Positions 56,687 through 64,000 of a stretch of 64,000 nucleotides of DNA are shown one piece after another. This stretch comes from Octopus sinensis. Lineage: Eukaryota. Each line of letters opens with the position of its first letter. Positions within the stretch are counted from its first letter, which is position 1. Location: the NCBI RefSeq assembly GCF_006345805.1, contig NC_043014.1, positions 19,220,001-19,284,000 of the forward strand, read 5' to 3'. The translations under genes and the position numbers were made by a program. The notes under the pieces were generated by a model. It ran no database searches and was not told where the DNA came from. It saw only the letters and a program-made list of their open reading frames with translations.

Positions 56687-56910
56687 TACATATGTCGACC
56701 AGTTTTCATGCGAGTTAAAGTTAACATGGGTTTCCTTGACGACAACGTAACCTGCATTTGACTAACATATGTTTAGCCTGAAGAGTAGCTAACTGTGTAT
56801 CCCTCGTTGAGTAATTACTATTTTCGAGGTTCCGCTAGCTAGGAAACTTATGTAACCTGAATTTTATCCATTCCATTTCCTAAACTTGGATTTTTATTCG
56901 CATTTACTAT
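56420..56910 (+). repeat. ~490-bp dispersed repeat, copy 1 (hammerhead-like core at 56778-56855)
   Basis: Highly similar to 63310-63830. Confidence 0.85.
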
Positions 56911-58441
56911 AAACTCGGTTACTAACCGTAAACTATAAAATAATTTATTTCAGCTTATCAAACTTCGGTATGGGAAAAATTCACAACCTTCTACGGCCTG
57001 CTGGAAGCTTACTAACCTCCTACACCTTGATCCTTGGATCTTATCATTACACACATACACACAAACAAACCAACACGCGCGCGCACACACACACACACAC
57101 ACGCACACACACATACATACACACACACACATATAAACATATATATATATATATATATTATATCATGTAGTTATTCTTGAACCGGTAGAGAAGCACTTGA
57201 TCTGCTAAGTAAGTAAGTATAAGCTTATAATAAGAACCCACAAATCTTGTTAAATACAGTTATCCAGGGTATACTTGTGAAAATAATAATTCATTACGTC
57301 TTTTATCATGCTGGGAACAAGTCCGTTTGTCAGTTGTCTTTTGAGCAGACAATTTTGAAAGAAGTGATGTTGGTAAAGAAGAAAACAAAAAGAAAAACAA
57401 CACAATAGATTTAACCTATTCTACAATAATTCGATGCTAAGCATTTGCTATAATCGTTTCTGTTATAAGTAAAAGCCTAAAATTTTCAAGTTGGAGGCTT
57501 GTCAAATTTATTCACTATAGTGCTAAATTGGTACTTATTTTATCAAATCTGAAAGGATGAAGGCGAAGTCGACCTCGTTTGATATTTGATCTTAGAATGT
57601 AAATTCGGATGAAATGCCGCTAAGCATTTTGTCAGGTGTGCTAACGATTCTGTCTGTTCGATTCCTTTCCACTTACTTCAATAAAAACTATGGTTTGTAT
57701 GTTTGTTGTTGTCATAAAAGTTTCATATACTTTCGAAATGATAAAACGTGAAAGGATTCCTTTTTTGAATAGTATATCTCACAGCACACGTGTTAAGTTA
57801 TAAATAATAGCACGTAAATATTGAGTTGAAAAACCATTTTGGATAGAAAAATCGAAGACTATTGGTAGAACTAGAGCCTAAAACATTTGTGAGCATGCGT
57901 GCGTGTGTTTCAGTGCATTCACCTTTGAGCGCATGGTTATATGTGTATATGTGTTTTGACTATCGTAGCTGATGAAAAAGGTTAACTTGTTTCTCAACAC
58001 TTAGTGCACCCTATATGCTTGGTACACTCACTTTAATGATTTGTCTCATCTAGATCCCGTCAGAACCATTTTCAAAACGTGCGCAAAATATCGATATCGT
58101 GCAAAACGTGCAAAACGTGCGCAAAATATCGATATCGCTACCAGACAGGAAGAAATCAATATCTCCACCAAAATAGCTAATAAGTAGCAAAGTTGAAATT
58201 ACTGCTTAATAACTTACCAAAATTGGTATTACTTACACCCACTTCTATTGTATTGCCAATTTTTGTCTTCCCTATCGCTCTAACATATTCAGAGCGTGTA
58301 TGCGTGTGGGCACTCATATATATGTATTCCTCTAAAACACTTCAAGATGTTGCTCCTGCCTGGTCGGAGTCAAATGACAGAAACCAGTAAAAGAACATAT
58401 ATACATGCATACGTATATATATATATATATATGTGTGTGTA

Positions 58442-58473
<32 letters not shown>

Positions 58474-58689
58474 TGTGTGTTTGTATATGGTTAAATATGT
58501 TGTAAGAAGTTTGATTCGCAACACATGATTCCAAGTTCGCTCCCACCGCCTGACATCTTAGGTAAGTGTCTTGTATTCTCGCACTGCATCAAATACCGCC
58601 TTATCTGTTTGTATCCATGTGTGTCTTAATTTAGATCTCTCTATTTTGTATCTTATCTAAATGAACTATTACTTAACCATCCTCTCACA

Positions 58690-58740
58690 CCATCTCCGAT
58701 GAAGGGATATAATAAATGTCCTGGAAACCGCTATAAGACC
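58690..58740 (+). ncRNA. Decayed hammerhead core
   Basis: tct-CcGATGA-AGGGA...TCCT-GGAAAC cgct aTA AGA; several core changes. Confidence 0.4.
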
Positions 58741-58773
58741 TTCTATCTACAAATGTTCGAAAATCTACTCGGC

Positions 58774-58818
<45 letters not shown>

Positions 58819-59461
58819 ATGAAAATTAGAAAAGCATAAATATGACGTATTTTATAGTCTACACGTAAAAATAATTGGGAATTTAAACACACTCGCGTGC
58901 GCATACATGTACGAACACAAACACATATACGCGCGCGCACGGTCACGCGCACACACACATGCACACACACACACACACAAATATATATTTATATTCTCAC
59001 ATCATGTTCATAATTTAATCGTCCTCAATAGCGGCTGCATTGAAACAAACTCTATTAAATATATAGTACATATTTTGACACATAGTTAATGGATTTCTAT
59101 TAATGATCATTCATTTAATTCAAATAAATTAATTATGCAGCATAATTATGAAATTGTACATTTAATGATATTCGTCTTAATGAAACTGACGTGCAACACA
59201 TTGAAATAATTTACTAAATATGTTCCCTTAAATGCCATACGTCCATACATACATGCATAATACACATATACACACATACATACACACACATATATATGTA
59301 TACATGCACACACATATTATCTTTTACTTTTTAGTCAATAGACTGTGGCCATGTGGGGACACCGCCATGAAGGGTATTGTCGAGTGAATCGCGCACACTC
59401 CACCCCAGTACTTAGTTCTTTTTTCTAAGTCTATTTATATATATATATATAATATATACAA

Positions 59462-59516
<55 letters not shown>

Positions 59517-59662
59517 CATACACATATTTAAATGGAGGTATGTTGGATTTTTGGTATGGCTGTTATTCTATTATTGTACGATAGTATAGTTTTATAAGAC
59601 ACCTATTTGATATATATATATACATGCATACATACCTATATATATACATACCTCTATATATA

Positions 59663-59726
<64 letters not shown>

Positions 59727-60342
59727 CTTATGTATAAGAATGTATATGCATATACCTATATCTATATGTCTATCTGTCTGCTTGTGTGTCTCCCTATGTA
59801 TGTATGCATCTACCTATCTATAAAATACACTGCTTGTTTTGAGATTGCTAGTGTTAACAATACCCGCAAATATAATACAGACTGGCGTTGCAGTGCTCCA
59901 TGTGAGCTATATTCCGCTTAACACTCTCAATGGAGGCAATGTAAGCGGAAACTAGAGGAACATGATTAATAACCACACTCAAAATCAAATATATATGCAT
60001 TTATTCTTCTACATTTATAAAACGGATATAAAAATTTCAAATATATAAATATAAAAATACATATAAATAGATAAATATCGATGTGATACATAAAACACAG
60101 TGAAGCTTAGATTTAAAAGTTATAACACATTGCTGTAATAAAAATTTGAGATGATAAAACATTCAAAGGACGTACTAAAATACAACGAAAATAATATATA
60201 TATATATATATACGTATGTATGTATGTATGTATGTATGTATATAGTGAATCCAAACAAACAAGAACAAACAAGAAAAAACAATAACGCGGGGACGTGGTA
60301 CAAGTACTGTATTATCAGACGTTTAGGAAAGGAAAGAAAGAG

Positions 60343-60382
60343 GATTTAACGTTTCGAGCAAAGCTCTTCTTCAGAAATAGAG
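60343..60382 (-). ncRNA. Minimal type I hammerhead (Penelope-LTR type)
   Basis: AUUU-CUGAAGA-A-GAGC uuu GCUC-GAAAC GUU^AAAU; no stem III loop (AACGUU palindrome). Confidence 0.72.
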
Positions 60383-60452
60383 GAAAGTTCAAAGGAAGGG
60401 AAGACGATGAAATAAAATCGCCAACGATACACACGTGGCTCTCTCTCTCTCT

Positions 60453-60563
<111 letters not shown>

Positions 60564-60790
60564 GTTAATCAATATAGGGTGGCAAAAAAAATTTTGTAGA
60601 ATTTTTTTTGCCACCAGCGGCCTAGTGGGAAAAAATTAAATAGTCATAGACCATTTATAAGTTCAACATCACAATCAAGGAACGGCCATAATAGGCCATT
60701 CACCCACTAGAAATAACAGCCAAAGCTTCAACCGCAAAATAACATTAATTCCGCAAACCAGGAGAAAATTAAAAAAACATTTACCCTGTA

Positions 60791-60897
60791 ATTTCTTATA
60801 CGATGCACCGTTTCATCTCTTGTTTAATGGTAAACTAACCTGATTAAATTAAATCAAGCCAATCTTCCATAGGCCCTTAGATTCGTCAGTAAGAAAT
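60791..60897 (-). ncRNA. Type I hammerhead ribozyme (family 3)
   Basis: Reverse complement of 61277-61383. Confidence 0.82.
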
Positions 60898-61276
60898 AGC
60901 CAGATCGGAACAGATATTTTCACGAGGCACTTCTGTCCCTGCCTCGGCAATATCTGACCTAAAATTTTCAAATCATCGCACTCGCGCCAAATTTATCGGC
61001 AGCAAATAAATATAAGCCGCCGATTCCATTACGGAATCAACCAGAAAATTCATAATTAATCAATATAGGGTGGCAAAAAAAAATTCTACAAAATTTTTTG
61101 GCACCCTATATTGATTAATTATGAATTTTCTGGTTGATTCCGTAATGGAATCGGCGGCTTATATTTATTTGCTGCCGATAAATTTGGCGCGAGTGCGATG
61201 ATTTGAAAATTTTAGGTCAGATATTGCCGAGGCAGGGACAGAAGTGCCTCGTGAAAATATCTGTTCCGATCTGGCT

Positions 61277-61383
61277 ATTTCTTACTGACGAATCTAAGGG
61301 CCTATGGAAGATTGGCTTGATTTAATTTAATCAGGTTAGTTTACCATTAAACAAGAGATGAAACGGTGCATCGTATAAGAAAT
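61277..61383 (+). ncRNA. Type I hammerhead ribozyme (family 3)
   Basis: ATTTCTTA-CTGACGA-ATCT...AGAT-GAAAC GGTGCATC GTA^TAAGAAAT; 8-bp stem I, long stem II insert. Confidence 0.82.
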
Positions 61384-61553
61384 TACAGGGTAAATGTTTT
61401 TTTAATTTTCTCCTGGTTTGCGGAATTAATGTTATTTTGCGGTTGAAGCTTTGGCTGTTATTTCTAGTGGGTGAATGGCCTATTATGGCCGTTCCTTTAT
61501 TGTGATATATATATGTATATATATATATGTATATATGTAGATATCTATATCTA

Positions 61554-61639
<86 letters not shown>

Positions 61640-62399
61640 TACATATATGTACGTATGTATATATGTATGAGTGTGTATGTGTGTGCGTGTGTGCACTGTA
61701 AGGTTAGAGGAGAGTAAGAGAGAGATCTCTATATAAATCAGTGTAAAGTATACAACTGAAATAAGCCCCTCAACCGCCGGTACCGAATTTCACGACCGGA
61801 TGTTCAAACAAATAAAGTGTACGCATATAGTTAATCAAATGATTATATCAGAAGTTACAGGTGACATTTAAGAAGTTTGTAATTTGTAAAGGTAACCTTC
61901 GGCTCTCAAAAGTACACATGAAGCATTTACTGTCACGCGCAATAGAATGTAAATAGAATAATTTATTCCTAAGTTAATAGCTTACTTTCTATCTTACTTT
62001 GCAATCAGCAGGGCGATGAATTGCAAAAATTGTACAAGTTGTCAATGAAAAGTGAAAAAACAAAGTAATGCAGATGCAATTAAGTTCGCAAGAAGTAATA
62101 TGTAATGGAAAAAAGCAACAAGGAATGTATAGAAGGAAGGGTCTCATAAGAATTTAATTCACTTTTACCTATAGTGGTTTTCGAGTCTCCATGTGTCCTA
62201 GTTTTTACCATGACGATATGACTCGGTAAAAGACGTGACCACAAGAAGACGAATGGTGAAAACAAATCAATATACACACGAACGGAGTTTATTATTTGTT
62301 TCGTCTGTCTCTGTTAATCGTGAAATGGGCTTCCAAAATTATAACAGAAACTTGTTAAGCTTTCTACTGAAAAGTACTGATGTTGAATTTAAGCACTTA

Positions 62400-63050
62400 G
62401 TTAGGCACTGAATATTCAGTATAATGATTTCTTTCGCTCTGTATAAATGGAGTGACCATGTGAATATGTGTGTGTTATGCGTATAAGTGTGGCTTTGTTC
62501 GAGCTGTTGCGTGCTTGCTGAGCCGTAGCCATTGTTATCCCTGCTACATTTTAACTTAAACATATTTTTGAATTTCCATCTAATATTTTCCAATTTATTT
62601 GATAAATTATATTCCTCTCTTTCAGTTGCCAGATGTAATTAGATTAGTCTGTGGTTTACTATTTTATGTTAGAAGTAATCAGTGTTGTTAATATGAACTC
62701 GCATGAACTCGCCGTTTATCATTCCTGTGTAGAGTTTACTGTTGACTGATCCGTTTGAATCTATAGAGGTAACTTCCATGTCGAACAATAGTGCCTCAAT
62801 TTTTATTCAATTCCTTCGTGTATGCCACCTGCTTGTGTTCGTATCAATATTTGACGTGCTTTTATTGAACATTTTCCTTTAACAGTCATGTCTACTAGAA
62901 CCGGAAAGCTTGTAACTTTGTTAGTTTTTTGTGTTTAATGAGTTCGAGTGCGTGAAACATATATTATTGCTTTGTGTAATAGCTTTAAATAACATTTCGT
63001 ATGTACTTTTAATAGCCTAGACCAATAAACAGCTGCAACTAACAAAGTAG
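62400..63050 (-). mobile_element. Degenerate Penelope-like fragment
   Basis: FDMEV...NGSVNSKLY (RT thumb-like) and NYIWQLK...IRWK (endonuclease C-terminus). Confidence 0.5.
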
Positions 63051-63304
63051 AAATTTCAAATTTCTTAAAGATCTCATCTCTCTTAGAAAATTAAAACCCA
63101 ACAAGTTCAATGAACAAGTGATATGTTCATTGTTTCAAATTTTGGCACAGCGCCAGCAATTTCGGGCGTGGAAGTCAATTAAATCGAGCCCTGTGCTCAA
63201 CTGGTACTTATTGTATCGAGTCTGAAGGATGAAAAGTCGATCTCGGCGGAATTTGAAATTACAGCATAAAGGTGCTACGAAATGCCGCTAAACATTTTGC
63301 ACAG

Positions 63305-63309
<5 letters not shown>

Positions 63310-63344
<35 letters not shown>

Positions 63345-63513
63345 CTTATTGTTAATAATCACTAACAATATAATTATATACTCATATTTTGAGTTCAATT
63401 TTCCTATTACATTGCCAATCCTATACGCACACATACGCACATATATAATATATATGCTATTCATATATATTACACACAGTCACCTACAAACACACATACA
63501 TATGTATATATAC

Positions 63514-63571
<58 letters not shown>

Positions 63572-63830
63572 TCACACACACATACTCACACACACATACA
63601 CACACACACACACGTACATATGTCAACCAAATTTCGTGCGAGTTAACATGGGTTCCCTTGATGACAATCTAACCTGCATGTAGCTAACGTATGTGTCGCC
63701 TGAAGAGTAGCTAACTGTGTAGCCCTCGTTCAGTAATTACTATTTTCGAGATCTGCTAGCTAGGAAACATATGTAACCTGAATTTCATCCATTTCATTTC
63801 CTAAACTTGGATTTTTATTCGCATTTTCAG
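63310..63830 (+). repeat. ~490-bp dispersed repeat, copy 2
   Basis: cttattgttaataatcactaac...cctgaagagtagc...ggaaacatatgtaacc...ttattcgcattt. Confidence 0.85.
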
Positions 63831-64000
63831 CCGCCAGTCATTTCTGCCAGTCCGCTGCCATTACAAGTGATGTATATTGGTTTCAAACTTTGGCACAGGG
63901 GCACTGATTTAGGACTTCAGTATTCAACTGATACTTATTGTGTCGATCTCGAAGAAATGAAAAGCGAAGTCGACACCGGCGTCATTTGAACCCAGAGAGT

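Larger units (their letters stand above)
60668..61506. repeat. Near-perfect fold-back palindrome (~415-bp arms) carrying two hammerheads
   Basis: atcacaat...caatatagggtggc[A]n / [T]n ggcaccctatattg...attgtgat; centre at ~61085-61090. Confidence 0.92.

Overview
AT-rich, microsatellite-dense animal genomic DNA. It is most consistent with an octopus/cephalopod, which I infer from the tRNA-SINE families and repeat landscape and cannot confirm. Positions 12.3-54.5 kb carry the 3' half of one large-intron gene on the minus strand: a PLEKHG7-like DH-PH RhoGEF with 8 phase-compatible GT-AG exons (~340 aa) plus one candidate cassette exon. The rest is SINEs, Penelope-like, R4/Dong-like, L1/Tx1-like, Helitron and mariner remnants, simple repeats and one 100-N gap. 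Two things stand out. (1) A multi-family set of type I hammerhead ribozyme (HHR) elements. It includes a head-to-head array of ~351-bp non-coding units, each with an intact HHR (retrozyme-like), two fold-back palindromes each carrying a pair of outward-pointing HHRs, and intact or decayed HHRs 3' of Penelope coding remnants. (2) The RhoGEF stop codon sits in the leaky context UGA-CAA-UUA and is followed by 71 open in-frame codons, a candidate readthrough or A-to-I stop-recoding isoform. All calls were made by eye, with no database searches or folding runs.
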